NCBI GenBank assembly: GCA_963787355.1
Contig: CAWBCP010000008.1
Span: 327,682 to 391,681 of the forward strand
Direction: 5' to 3'
Source: an uncultured Planctomycetaceae bacterium
GTDB lineage: Bacteria; Planctomycetota; Planctomycetia; Pirellulales; PALSA-1355
Length of the DNA: 64,000 nt
In this document: positions 15,521 to 26,547 of the stretch, in pieces
How positions within the stretch are numbered: position 1 is the first letter of the stretch
How the letters are laid out: every line of letters begins with the position of its first letter
Notes under the pieces: generated by a model
The model's database searches: none
What the model saw: the letters and a program-made list of their open reading frames with translations, nothing else
Told to the model about the DNA's origin: nothing
Made by a program: the position numbers and the translations under genes

Positions 15521-16732
15521 CTACTTCTTGTCGGGCCGCACGATGGGACGGTAGGGATGCTTGCGCTTGGAGAGCACCGTCGCATGAACGATCTTGTCGG
15601 GCTGGCCCCCGCGATCCGGCTGGATGCGGCGCAGCTTGGCCAGGACGTCCATGCCCTCGACCACGCGGCCAAACACGGTGTGCTTGCCGTCCAGGTGGCC
15701 GGTGGGCAGGAAGGTGATGAAGAACTGCGAACCGCCGCTGTCGCGTTGGCCGTTGTTGCCCATGCTGAGGCTGCCGCGAAAATGGTCGCGGTGGTTCTCC
15801 TGGACACACTCGTCGGGAATCGTGTAGCCGGGGCCGCCGCTGCCGTCGCCACTGGGATCGCCGGTTTGGGCCATGAAACCGGCCAGCACGCGGTGGAAGC
15901 TCAGGCCGTCATAAAACTTCTTCTCGACGAGGCTGATGAAGTTGGCCACGGTATTGGGGGCTTGGTTTTCGAACAGTTCGACGACAATGTCTCCCTGGGT
16001 CGTTTCGAGCTTGACCCGCGGCAGGTTGTCCGCTTTTTCCTCGACCGCGCACAGCTTCTGTTCCTTGGCCCATTTCTCCTTGTAGGTCTCGATCTGCTCC
16101 AGATACTGCTGCGCGGGGCGAGTGATTTGCTGGCTGTCGTTGGCCAGTTTCAAGTATTTCTCGGCGTTCTCGTAGTCGTTGACGGCAAAGAAACTCACCC
16201 CGGCCAGCAGGTTGAATTGCGGCGCCTCGAAATCGTGTTCCGTCAGCAGGCGCGCCAGCTTGGCCGCCTTCTCGAAGTCGTCGGCCTGCACGAACCCCAA
16301 CAGGTTGGTGAACAGAAAGCTGTTGAGCTCCTTGTTCTTGTTGGGGGCCGCCAGGTATTCCTTTTCGCCCGCGGCGAGCACCGGCGGCAGCTCGTCCTGG
16401 GCCTTTTCCATGATGTCGTTGAACTCGGCCAGCAGCGCCTCCTTGTCGGCCGAGGCATCGTTCTTGTAGAGCTGCTGAATCTGGTACATCCGCGCCACGC
16501 GCTGCTTCCAGCCCTTGTAGAGCGTGGCGAAATCGGCGGCCGGGGCCGCGTCGGCGGACGATGCTTTGGCCGAGGATGTCTTGGCCGCGGCGGTTTTGGT
16601 TGCGGGCGTTTTGGCCGAGGACGTCTTGGCGGCGGGCGCCTTGGCCGCGGGCGTTTTGGCCTCCTCCTCGGCGACGGCGGCCGAAACAAGCGCCAGGCCC
16701 AAGGCCACGGCCAGAATCGAGCGAACAAGCAT
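15521..16732 (-). CDS. Secreted cyclophilin-type peptidyl-prolyl isomerase with helical/TPR-like N-terminal region
   Basis: Signal peptide, an (AKTPA)-like low-complexity linker, then FYDGLSFHRVLAGFMAQTGDP, GGSQFFIT and HLDGKHTVFGRV. Confidence 0.93.
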   Translation of the reverse strand: MLVRSILAVALGLALVSAAVAEEEAKTPAAKAPAAKTSSAKTPATKTAAAKTSSAKASSADAAPAADFATLYKGWKQRVARMYQIQQLYKNDASADKEALLAEFNDIMEKAQDELPPVLAAGEKEYLAAPNKNKELNSFLFTNLLGFVQADDFEKAAKLARLLTEHDFEAPQFNLLAGVSFFAVNDYENAEKYLKLANDSQQITRPAQQYLEQIETYKEKWAKEQKLCAVEEKADNLPRVKLETTQGDIVVELFENQAPNTVANFISLVEKKFYDGLSFHRVLAGFMAQTGDPSGDGSGGPGYTIPDECVQENHRDHFRGSLSMGNNGQRDSGGSQFFITFLPTGHLDGKHTVFGRVVEGMDVLAKLRRIQPDRGGQPDKIVHATVLSKRKHPYRPIVRPDKK

Positions 16733-16914
16733 GGCGCAGAATCCTGAATGAGGGCGGGCGGCCCGCACGCGAAGGGACAATTGACTACGATCTAGCATAA
16801 TCGAGATATTGTGCTCGACGGGAGCGTAAATTCCAACCGCCGGCCCGCGCTGGTCCGCGGGCCGGCGGTGTAATCCTACGAATCGTGACATCCAGCAAGA
16901 AGGCCCGCCCCCTC

Positions 16915-17571
16915 GTGGCACGCCAGCGAAAACCTGCTTCCAAGCCGCCCCGCGATCCGCTCGCGGGCCGCGAGCCCTCGGAGCTGCGAATCATCGGCGG
17001 CAGCATGCGCGGACGCCGCCTGGCCTACAGCGGCCAGGCCCACATCCGCCCCATGAAGGAACGGGTCCGCGAGGCCGTGTTCAACCTGGTTGGCCCGGCG
17101 GTCGTCGGCAGCCATGCGGTCGACCTGTTCGCCGGCACCGGCGCCCTGGGGCTGGAAGCCCTCAGCCGCGGTGCCCGGCGGGCCACGTTCGTCGAGCGCC
17201 ATTTTCCCACGGCCGACCTGGTGCGTCAAAACGCGGCCGCCCTGGGCGTGGCCGATCGCGTCCAGATCGAGCCGGCTGACGCTATCATCTGGGTCGCCGG
17301 CAACCATCTGGCCGCCGATACCCCCTGGGTGGTGTTTTGTTCGCCGCCGTATGTGCTCTATAACCAGCGCGAGGCCGATCTGCTCGCGATGCTCGGCTCG
17401 CTCGTCGAAAGGGCCCCGCCGGCGAGCACGCTGGTCGTCGAAGCCGACGAGCGATTCGACATGAGTTGCCTGCCGCGGGCCGAGGAGTGGGACGTGCGTC
17501 GCTACCCGCCGGCCGTGGTGGCGATTTTTCGCACACGCGCCAGGGGGGCCATCGGGTTCTTGATTCGATGA
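16915..17571 (+). CDS. rsmD: 16S rRNA (guanine966-N2) methyltransferase RsmD family
   Basis: LRIIGGSMRGRRL, RPMKERVREAVFN, DLFAGTGALGLEALSRGA, SPPY. The start could alternatively be 16885. Confidence 0.9.
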   Translation: MARQRKPASKPPRDPLAGREPSELRIIGGSMRGRRLAYSGQAHIRPMKERVREAVFNLVGPAVVGSHAVDLFAGTGALGLEALSRGARRATFVERHFPTADLVRQNAAALGVADRVQIEPADAIIWVAGNHLAADTPWVVFCSPPYVLYNQREADLLAMLGSLVERAPPASTLVVEADERFDMSCLPRAEEWDVRRYPPAVVAIFRTRARGAIGFLIR

Positions 17572-17605
17572 CGAAGCCGTTTGTCGACCAGCGAGGAGTT
17601 CCTCA

Positions 17606-17966
17606 ATGGACGTTCGCAACCTGGATCGCATGGCCAGCTTCACGACGAAGGACGGCTCGCAAATTCGCGAGCTGCTGGCGTATCGCAACTCGTCGATCCG
17701 CAAACAGAGCCTGGCCGAAGCCCGCGTGCCGCCGGGTGTGACGACGGCCGCCCACTATCATCGCCAGACCGAAGAGATTTACTACGTCCTCGCCGGCCGC
17801 GGCCGGATGCGGATCAACGAAGAAACGACCGAAGTAACGGCGGGCGACGCGATCGCCATTCCGCCCGGCGCCGAGCACCAGATCACCAACACCGGCGACC
17901 AGGAGCTCGTATTCCTCTGCTGCTGCTGCGCCGGCCTATGAGCACGAGGACACGGTGCTGGTTTAG
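17606..17966 (+). CDS. Cupin domain protein (frameshift ~17930)
   Basis: AHYHRQTEEIYYVLAGRG and AIPPGAEHQI cupin motifs. Reconstructed end AYEHEDTVLV*. Confidence 0.88.
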
Positions 17967-17993
17967 CAGACGCAAAACGTGCGTTGATTCTTG

Positions 17994-18073
17994 CTCTTCG
18001 TCGTGCCGTCGTGTCGTTGTGGTTATTTGCCGGCTTTAAAACTACCACGACGGCACGACGGCACAACGAAGAG
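17994..18073. repeat. 30-bp inverted repeat (REP-like, ACCACGACGGCACGACG family)
   Basis: 17994-18023 versus 18044-18073: 27 of 30 positions complementary. Confidence 0.8.
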
Positions 18074-18142
18074 TTTGCAACCCCGAAGTCGTTCTTGTCA
18101 TCCCTTGGTGTAGTGAAGCGAGTCGTGACGCGGCAGATGCTC

Positions 18143-18193
18143 TACTACGTCCTCTCCGGCCGCCGGATGATGCGGATCAACGAGGAAGCGACT
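18143..18193 (+). repeat. Degenerate 51-bp copy of an internal segment of the cupin gene (17780-17830)
   Basis: 43/51 ungapped identity, TACTACGTCCTC...ATGCGGATCAACGA. Confidence 0.8.
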
Positions 18194-18206
18194 CCCGTCC
18201 CCCTTT

Positions 18207-19597
<1,391 letters not shown>

Positions 19598-19620
19598 GGT
19601 TTGCCTCGACTCATCGGGTG

Positions 19621-21047
19621 TCACGGGCCGGCGGCCGGCTCGAGCTGTTCATGGGTTTCGGTGACGCCGGCGGCCGCCTGGGAACGGGCGTCGTCGGCTG
19701 GCTGCGAGGGCAGCACGACTTCGAACGTCGTGGCGCCCTCGGTCGTGCAATGGATCGTGCCGCCGTGCGATTCGGCGATCTTCTTGGCCACCGTCAGGCC
19801 CAGGCCGATGCCCTCGGGCTTGCCGGAGGCGAACGGCTCGAACAGCCGCTGGGCCACTTCGGGCGCCGGGCCGGGGCCATTGTCGACGACGCGGATGATC
19901 GTGGCCGCGGCGGTTTGCGACAGCTCGATCCGCACCCAGCCGTCGCGTCCCGCTGCTTCGATGGCGTTGACGGCCAGGTTCAGGATCAATTGGCGGAGCT
20001 GTTCGGCATCGGCCGACAGTGGGCAGGGCGCCGCGTCGGCGTCGCACTGCAACGCGACGTCCCGATGGCGGCAGGTCGGCGCGACCAGCGACACCACGTC
20101 GGCGACGATGGCCCGCAGCTCGCAAGGCTCGCGCTTGGTTAGGGTAGTTTGTCCGGCGGTCAGGAACCGCTGCAGATGTTGTTCGGTCATCGTCAACTGG
20201 CGCAGCGCCACGGCCAGGCTGTCTTGATCGACGTCGCCGCAGCGGCGCTGGTGAAGCTGCACGGCCATGCGTGCTCCGGCCACGCTGTTGCGCAGTTGAT
20301 GGGCCAGCCCGCCGCTGAGCTGGCCCAACAGCGCCAGCCGTTCGGAGCGTTTGATCACGCGGCGCATCTCTTCGAGCTGGTCGCCCAATGCGTTGACGCA
20401 GCCGATCAGGTCGCGCAGCTCGTCGTTGCGCTGGCCCAGCGGAACGGGTCGGAAATCGCCCTGCACCAGCCGGCTCAGTTCGCGGCGGACTTCCAGAATC
20501 GGGCGGCTGAAGCGGCCGGCGATGGCAAAGGCCATGGCGATCACCACGCCCAACAACCCGGCCCCGACCCACAGCGGCGGATAGGCGGCCTGCCAGCGGG
20601 CTTCGCGCAGCACGCCCTGCGGGTAGAGGATGTGCAGCCGCATCGTCTCGCGCTGCGCGCCGCGGGGCGCAGATCGATGGCGGTGTGAAAATAGGCCTGC
20701 CCGCCGAGCTCGACGCCCTGGCCAAGTTGCACCTGGTCGCGGGGCGTAACCGTCTGCGGCAACGAAGCGGGTTCCACCTCTTTCAGGCTGGCCGCTTCAA
20801 CCGCGCCCCGACGGTCGGTCAGCACGAACTCGGCCCCCGACAGCCCGCGGGTCTGTTTGAGCACGGCGTCGGTGAGCGGAAAGGTGGCGTCGGCCAGCGT
20901 GAGGGCCACCTCCTGCAATTGGTGTTCGATTTGCCGCTGCGTGCGGCGGGCCGACAAGTAGGCCTCCAACAAGCTCAGGCTCACCACCACCGCCAGCATC
21001 ACGGCAGCGAAGGGAAACAGAATCTGGTACCGCAACGGCCAACGCAT
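19621..21047 (-). CDS. Membrane sensor histidine kinase with HAMP domain (frameshift ~20660)
   Basis: Two TM segments, HAMP (RNDELRDL), H-box [31 protein letters not shown]. Confidence 0.92.
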
Positions 21048-21601
21048 CAAGCAGCCCTCGTCGACGAACGTGTCTCGCGCCCAACGGCCATCTTAAACCG
21101 TGGACCGCGCCAGCGGCAAACAAGGCCCCTGGGCGGCGATAGCCCCCTTTTTTGCGACCCGCGCGCTGCCTTCCGGTCGCGTCATTCGCCATTCGAGCGG
21201 CGCCTGCGCGAGGCAAGACTGGACGGGCCGAAGGAACTGCTCTCCCCGGTTGAGCACGGCGTCTGGCGGCAGCGGTGCCGCCACGGGCCACTCCCTAGGC
21301 CCCCGCCAAGCGGTCGAGAAGCGGCGAAATCGGCACTGCTTGCGGGCGTTAAAGTCGACTTAGTTTTCCCCGGCGCGCGCGGTCGCGCCCTTCCTCCCGC
21401 TATTGGCCGCCGAAGCGGTCCGCTGGCAAATCGGGGTCCACTCAGTCGCCGCGGTTTTCCGATTCTTAGGAAGTGCACCGCGAGAACGGACTTTCGGCCA
21501 ACCCTCGAGCGCGCGTCCTCCGAGCGCCGACGGCTGCGCGACGTTGTGCCCGAGCTGCCGCTTTCGCGCCCGAGTCGTGAGCGGTTCGAGGAGTCGAGCG
21601 G

Positions 21602-24178
21602 ATGAGACGCAAGTCAAGCCGGCGAAACGCCGTCTGGCCCTACCTGGGCGTGCTGGCCTGTTTGTTCGCGCTGAGCGTGACGGCACCGCGCGCCTGGCAG
21701 CGGGTGGCGCGGCAGACGCCGTTCGACGGCGAGCCCGCGCGGCCCCGGATTGCCAGGTCGAATGCGCCGAGCGAGCATCCGACGCCCGCGCGATCGCACG
21801 CCAGCGTCGCGATCGACGTCTCGCCAGCGCGAATGGACGCGGTGCGACAACCGCCCGTCGAGCCGGTGAACCGCGAGACGGCCGCCGCGGCTGCGGATTC
21901 GAATTCGCAGCCGCCATCGGTCGGCCCGCTGCTGGCGGCCCCAGAACAGCCCAAACTCGCGCCGCCGCAAAACGCTCCGACCGCAAGCGAATTGGCGGTC
22001 AAGACAAGCGACGCGACAGAGAATGACCGGGCCGCCAGCGATCGCGATGCCCCTGTCCAAGAGGCACCCGCCGCGCCCGAAGCGCCCCGCAACGAACCCG
22101 CCGACGAGCTGGCTGCCGATGTTCCGCCGGCGCCCGCCCAGGAAAACGTCTCGCGGCCGACCGCGTTGATCCATCGGTTCGAGGAACTGGCCGCCGACCG
22201 CCGCACGGGCCATTGGGCCAATGAGTGTCTCGAGGCGATCGCGGCCGTGTGGCCGACGCCGCCGCAGCCGACCTCGGCCCGCGACCCCGACGTGCTCAAG
22301 CTCCGGCGGCTGGCCGCTCGCGAAATGAGCGCGGGCGGAAACCCGCAGTTGGCGACGATGGCCGAGCGGGCCCGCTGGGCGCTGGTCCGCTGGCTCGACA
22401 TTCGCGATGCCGTGGCCGAGCTCGACGCCGCGCCGACGGCCAAGACCTCAGACGACGCGACGAAACAGGTCGCCGCGTCTCTGTCGGCCATCGACAAGCT
22501 GTCGCTCAAGGGCATCGCGGGCGGCGAGTGGCGCAACTTTCTGCTGGTCGATCGGCTGCGGCTGCTGACCAGCGAAGTGGCCAGCCCCGAGGCGCGCTGC
22601 GCGGCGGCCCGCCGCGTGCTCGATCGTTTGGACTCGCCGCGCCTGACGAGCGGGCAGCGACGGTTCATCGCCCAAGAGCCGGTGGCCAGCTTACGGGCCG
22701 CGCTGGCAGGCTGGGCCGCCGAGCCGGTGGCGCCGGCGCGCCTGCTGGCCGACGTCGAACGCTACGAGCGCAGCGGGCTGCCGAGCGACGCCACGAGCGT
22801 GGCCAACGATCTGCGCGGGTTGAAGTGGTCGGATGCCGGCGGCGCGGCCCGCGTCAGCGAGCAGCTCGACACCCATTATCGCAACGCGAACTTGCGCGTC
22901 ACGGCTTCGGTCGCGCTGATGAACCGCCTGGTGCCGCAACGCCGGCCGACGGAGGCGCCCGTCTACGACACCGTGGTCGACGTGCCGGTCTACGGCAACA
23001 GCTTGACTTCGACGCGGCTGAAGGTGCTGTTGGTTCCCGATCCGCAGCGGATTCGCATCGGGCTGGAAGTCGACGGCAAGGTCGATTCGAACACCGTGGC
23101 CACGAGCGGGCCGGCGACTTTTTACAACCAGGGCCGCTCGACGTTCGTCGTGCAGAAGCTATTCGTGCTGGGACCCTATGGCCTGACGGTGTTTCCGGCC
23201 AAGGCCAACGCCGACGCCAGCGGCACGTACCTGGTGTCGATGGACACGAACTTTGACGGCGTGCCGCTGTTCGGCGGCATCGTCCGCAACATTGCCCGCT
23301 CGAAGCACGACGAGCAGAGCGGTCAGGCCCGCGTGGAAGTCGAGTACAAGCTTTCCGAACGGGCCCGCAAGGAGCTCGACGGCGAGATCGGCCCACGATT
23401 GAGCCGCCTGGTCGACAAAGTCGAAAACAAGCAGTTGGCCCTCGTCAATCGCCTGGGGCTGGAGCTGGTGCCGCTCGAAATGGCCACGACCAAGGAGACG
23501 ATCGTCGCCCGGGCACGGCTGGGCAATCCCCGGCAACTGGGGGCGCACACGCCGCGGCCGCGCGTGCCGGCCGGTAGTTGGTTCAGCTTCGAGATCGAGC
23601 AATCGGCCTTGAACAACCTGTTCGAGCGGCTCGAGCTCGACGGCCGCACCTTCGAGCTGAGCGAACTGTTCCGCTGGCTGGCCAAAAAGTTGGACCGGCC
23701 GCAACAGGCGAACCTCGACGAGCTGCCCGAGGGGGTTCGCGTGACGTTCGCCGAGCGCGATGCCGTGCGCGTGCGAGTGGCCGACGAGCGCGTCGAGCTG
23801 ACCTTGTCATTTGCCGAACTGGTGCACGAGCGGCGGCGGTTTACGAACTTCAGCGTTCGAACCACGTTCCAGCCCGAGGTCCGCTCGCGGCAAGCCGTGC
23901 TGGTGCGCGACAGCGGGATCAGCCTGGACGGCAGGCACTTGAACACGCGGGCCAAAGTGCCGCTGTACACGATCTTCAGCAAGGTCTTTGCCCACAGGGA
24001 CGAGGTCCCGTTGCTCGACGAGAAGATCACGCAGGACTTGCGGCTGTCGGACCTGGCGCTGACGCAGTTCACGCTGGACGACGGCTGGATTTCGCTGGCT
24101 TACGGCACGAGCCGAGTGGCCACGCAGCGCGCCCGCCCTGCGTCGACGAGCGGTTCGCTACCGGTGCGAAGCCGCTAA
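21602..24178 (+). CDS. Large hypothetical protein with N-terminal membrane anchor/signal and Pro/Ala-rich linker
   Basis: Intact 858-aa ORF with GAGGAG upstream. Hydrophobic VWPYLGVLACLFALSVTA. Beta-rich C-terminal half. No family recognised. Confidence 0.85.
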   Translation: MRRKSSRRNAVWPYLGVLACLFALSVTAPRAWQRVARQTPFDGEPARPRIARSNAPSEHPTPARSHASVAIDVSPARMDAVRQPPVEPVNRETAAAAADSNSQPPSVGPLLAAPEQPKLAPPQNAPTASELAVKTSDATENDRAASDRDAPVQEAPAAPEAPRNEPADELAADVPPAPAQENVSRPTALIHRFEELAADRRTGHWANECLEAIAAVWPTPPQPTSARDPDVLKLRRLAAREMSAGGNPQLATMAERARWALVRWLDIRDAVAELDAAPTAKTSDDATKQVAASLSAIDKLSLKGIAGGEWRNFLLVDRLRLLTSEVASPEARCAAARRVLDRLDSPRLTSGQRRFIAQEPVASLRAALAGWAAEPVAPARLLADVERYERSGLPSDATSVANDLRGLKWSDAGGAARVSEQLDTHYRNANLRVTASVALMNRLVPQRRPTEAPVYDTVVDVPVYGNSLTSTRLKVLLVPDPQRIRIGLEVDGKVDSNTVATSGPATFYNQGRSTFVVQKLFVLGPYGLTVFPAKANADASGTYLVSMDTNFDGVPLFGGIVRNIARSKHDEQSGQARVEVEYKLSERARKELDGEIGPRLSRLVDKVENKQLALVNRLGLELVPLEMATTKETIVARARLGNPRQLGAHTPRPRVPAGSWFSFEIEQSALNNLFERLELDGRTFELSELFRWLAKKLDRPQQANLDELPEGVRVTFAERDAVRVRVADERVELTLSFAELVHERRRFTNFSVRTTFQPEVRSRQAVLVRDSGISLDGRHLNTRAKVPLYTIFSKVFAHRDEVPLLDEKITQDLRLSDLALTQFTLDDGWISLAYGTSRVATQRARPASTSGSLPVRSR

Positions 24179-24281
24179 GCTCTGGCCACCCGCTTGGTCG
24201 ACGCGCTGCATTTCGTGCTTTCTCAGCAATGCTGTCATGCGCGGCGAGGTTGTCCCCTGAGTAAGAATCCTCAGAATCGTT

Positions 24282-24309
24282 CAAAGCTGCCCGGTGCTCA
24301 TGCCGATAC
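24282..24309 (+). promoter_or_regulatory. Possible sigma28-like promoter
   Basis: CAAAG...GCCGATAC resembles TAAA-N15-GCCGATAA and lies about 75 nt upstream of ATG 24384. Confidence 0.35.
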
Positions 24310-24383
24310 TTTCCCAACGATGGAGGACACTTTCCGCCGTTGTATCGGCGAATAGGTTTTACGTGCTAGCAAAGGAGAGCGGC

Positions 24384-25939
24384 ATGGTTCGCCCTGCAAC
24401 TTGGCTGTCGTCGGTTACCATGGGCTTGGCGTTGGCCTGGCAAGCGTCGCCGTGCTCGCCCAAACCATTCTTCCGGAAAACAAACAGGCGTCGGCCAAGT
24501 TGGCGCCGCACGACGACGCTCGCGAGTGCGACGACGCCGAGTGCGACGACGCCGAGTGCGATGCGGCCGAGCACGATGAGAGCACTCCGTGCAAAGGCAA
24601 GTGCAAGGGCGAGTGCAAGTGCGAGGGCGAGTGCAAGTGCAAGGGCGAGTGCAAGTGCAAGGGCGAATGCAAGTGCAAGGGCGAGTGCAAGTGCAAGGGC
24701 GAGTGCAAATGCCCAGCGGCCAAGGCCGATTCGAAGCCTGAAGCGACCGTCGACAAGGATGTCGTGCCAGCCTCGATCGACTCGGTCGACGAAGCGGATG
24801 CGGACGACGAAACGCCGCCCGTCGCCGAGGACTTCGGCACCAGCAGCCACGTCGGCAACGGCGTGGCCGAAGTGCCCATCTCCGAGCTGATCAAAGAGCG
24901 CTACCCCAACGGCTCGGTGCGCATCGAGCGCCGCGCCACGCAAGACGCACAGGGCAACTACGTCAACCACGGCTCGTGGAAGATGTGGGACGAACGGGGC
25001 AACCCCGTGGCCCAAGGCTCGTACGACATGGGCAACCGCACCGGTCTGTGGACCCGCTGGTATCGCAACGGCCAGGACGCCGAGCTGTTCGGCCAGACGC
25101 CGTACTCGCAATTCCCGGCTCCGTACATCTCGCAGGCCTCGTTCAAGCACGATCAGCTCGACGGCTTGTGGACGATTCACGACAGCAAGATGCGCAAGAT
25201 CAGCCAGATCCGCTTCGCCGACGGCAAGCGGCACGGCACGGCCAACTGGTGGTTTGCCAACGGCCACAAGATGCGCGAGATCGAATATCGCGACGGTGAC
25301 CTCGACGGCCAGTACCTCGAATGGAATCCCGAGGGCAAGCTGACCATCAAGGACACCTACCAGACCGGCCATAAGCTGGCGGCGAAGCTGAGCAATCATC
25401 CCAATGGCTCGAAGAAGTCGGAAGGCATGTACTTGTTCGCCAAGGAAGTCGAACAGAGCCCCGACGACTGGTGGAGCTGCAAGCTGATGGTCACCAACCG
25501 GGCCGGCCACGAAGAGCGGCACGGTGCCTGGAAGAGCTGGTACACCAACGGCCAGATCCAGCTCGAAGGCAACTACGAGCACGACGTGCAAGTCGGCACG
25601 TTCACCTGGTGGCACGCCAACGGGCAGAAAGCGCAGGAAGGCCGCTTCGACCACGGCAAACAGGACGGCGTCTGGACCTGGTGGCATGCCAACGGTCAGA
25701 AGTCGATCAACGGCGAATACACGCACGGCAATCCGACCGGTCGCTGGACCTGGTGGAAGGAAGACGGCCGCGTCGTGCAATCGGCCGACCTGTCGCACTC
25801 CGACGGCGTGGCCGTCGAGACCCTGCCCACGACGCCCGGCGACAGCCTGATACCGCGGCCGAACGTGCCTACGACGCGGGAGAAGTCGTTGTTACCGCGG
25901 GCCCAGGCACCCTCGTTCGGCAAGCCCATCAAACGCTAG
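24384..25939 (+). CDS. Secreted MORN-variant repeat (YwqK-like) protein with Cys-rich tract (frameshift ~24450)
   Basis: RBS AAGGAG and signal-like MVRPATWLSSVTMGLALAWQ. Repeats such as GxWTWWHANGQKxxEGxY. N-terminal (ECDDA)x3 and (KGECKC)x6. Confidence 0.88.
24524..24712 (+). repeat. Coding tandem repeats: 15-bp x3 (ECDDA) and 18-bp x6 (KGECKC)
   Basis: GAGTGCGACGACGCC at 24524-24568 and AAGGGCGAGTGCAAGTGC at 24605-24712. Confidence 0.95.
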
Positions 25940-25970
25940 AGCGCGACGACGGTCGCACGCGAAGCAATCG

Positions 25971-26010
25971 AAACCCGCCGGCCGCGCCATGGCCGGCGGG
26001 TTTTTTTTTT
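25971..26010 (+). terminator. Rho-independent terminator
   Basis: AAACCCGCCGGCC-loop-GGCCGGCGGGTTT hairpin followed by a long T run, after the stop at 25939. Confidence 0.92.
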
Positions 26011-26150
26011 GCGCTTCGAGCACGGCCGGCTCGGCCGGTCGGCCCGCGGAGCCGCTAGCGGAGAATCGCCTCGGCCGGCAGCCCAAGGCTGCCGCGAAGA
26101 GCCCGCGATGCGGGCCGAAAAAAGGCGTTGGTTCGGGGTGAAAATCGCCC

Positions 26151-26179
26151 TTGACCCGGTTTTGCGATTCTCATATCCT
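26151..26179 (+). promoter_or_regulatory. Sigma70-type promoter not followed by a credible ORF
   Basis: TTGACC (26151-26156), 17-nt spacer, TATCCT (26174-26179). Confidence 0.65.
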
Positions 26180-26185
26180 CCCGCC

Positions 26186-26491
26186 TCACGACGCCGGACG
26201 GCGAGGGGCCACGCCGAAAAACGGGGCCAAATCGAGCGTTCGGCCGACGGCAAAACAATCACGACAATCCACGTGGATCGGTCTGCACGGGGAAGGCCCC
26301 CTGGGCTTTCCTGCGGACCACGAAGCGGTCCGTTGGCATGGACGCCGGCGGTACGCTTCGGAAGCAAGCTGGCTGCGGCGCGTGGGGTCGAGAGTAGGGT
26401 GCGCAAGCGCCGCGAAGCGTCCAATCGCTCCCGGATAAGGTTGTTGTCCTCTGCCCCCCTGGGACACAGCCTTTCCGGGGGCCTTTTTTTT
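26186..26491 (+). ncRNA. Candidate ~300-nt structured non-coding RNA (family not recognised)
   Basis: Own promoter and terminator, multiple nested helices with G-U pairs, no protein-like ORF. It lies between a terminator and a convergent gene. Confidence 0.6.
26427..26491 (+). terminator. Long hairpin with C-rich loop followed by T8
   Basis: GCTCCCGGATAAGGTTGTTGTCC pairs with GGGACACAGCCTTTCCGGGGGC, then TTTTTTTT. Confidence 0.75.
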
Positions 26492-26547
26492 GCGCCGTTG
26501 CCCTGCCGGGCAGATCGCCGCGCACTCGGGTGAATCGCGTCGCGTCG

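Noticed and set aside
17780-18193. Diversity-generating retroelement VR/TR pair
   Set aside because: Mismatches are not restricted to adenines, the copy is only 51 bp, and there is no reverse transcriptase in the window.
24524-24712. Possible CRISPR array
   Set aside because: The repeats are contiguous with no unique spacers, are in-frame multiples of 3 inside a CDS, and no cas genes are present.
24384-25939. YwqJK-type toxin-antitoxin module
   Set aside because: No adjacent toxin-like gene, and the protein has a signal-like N-terminus. The YwqK label reflects only the MORN-variant repeats.
26186-26491. tRNA, tmRNA, RNase P, SRP RNA or c-di-GMP riboswitch
   Set aside because: I found no cloverleaf or T-loop/CCA end, no GAGGAAAGTCC, and no SRP domain IV motif. 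GGCAAAAC lacks the rest of the c-di-GMP-I consensus, and no downstream sense gene exists to regulate. A divergent 6S RNA cannot be excluded by eye.
26009-26533. ORFs 26009..26533 (+), 26151..26438 (+) and 25936..26424 (-) as proteins
   Set aside because: Arg/Pro/Ala-rich shadow-type composition, no RBS or motifs, and the longer ones cross terminators.
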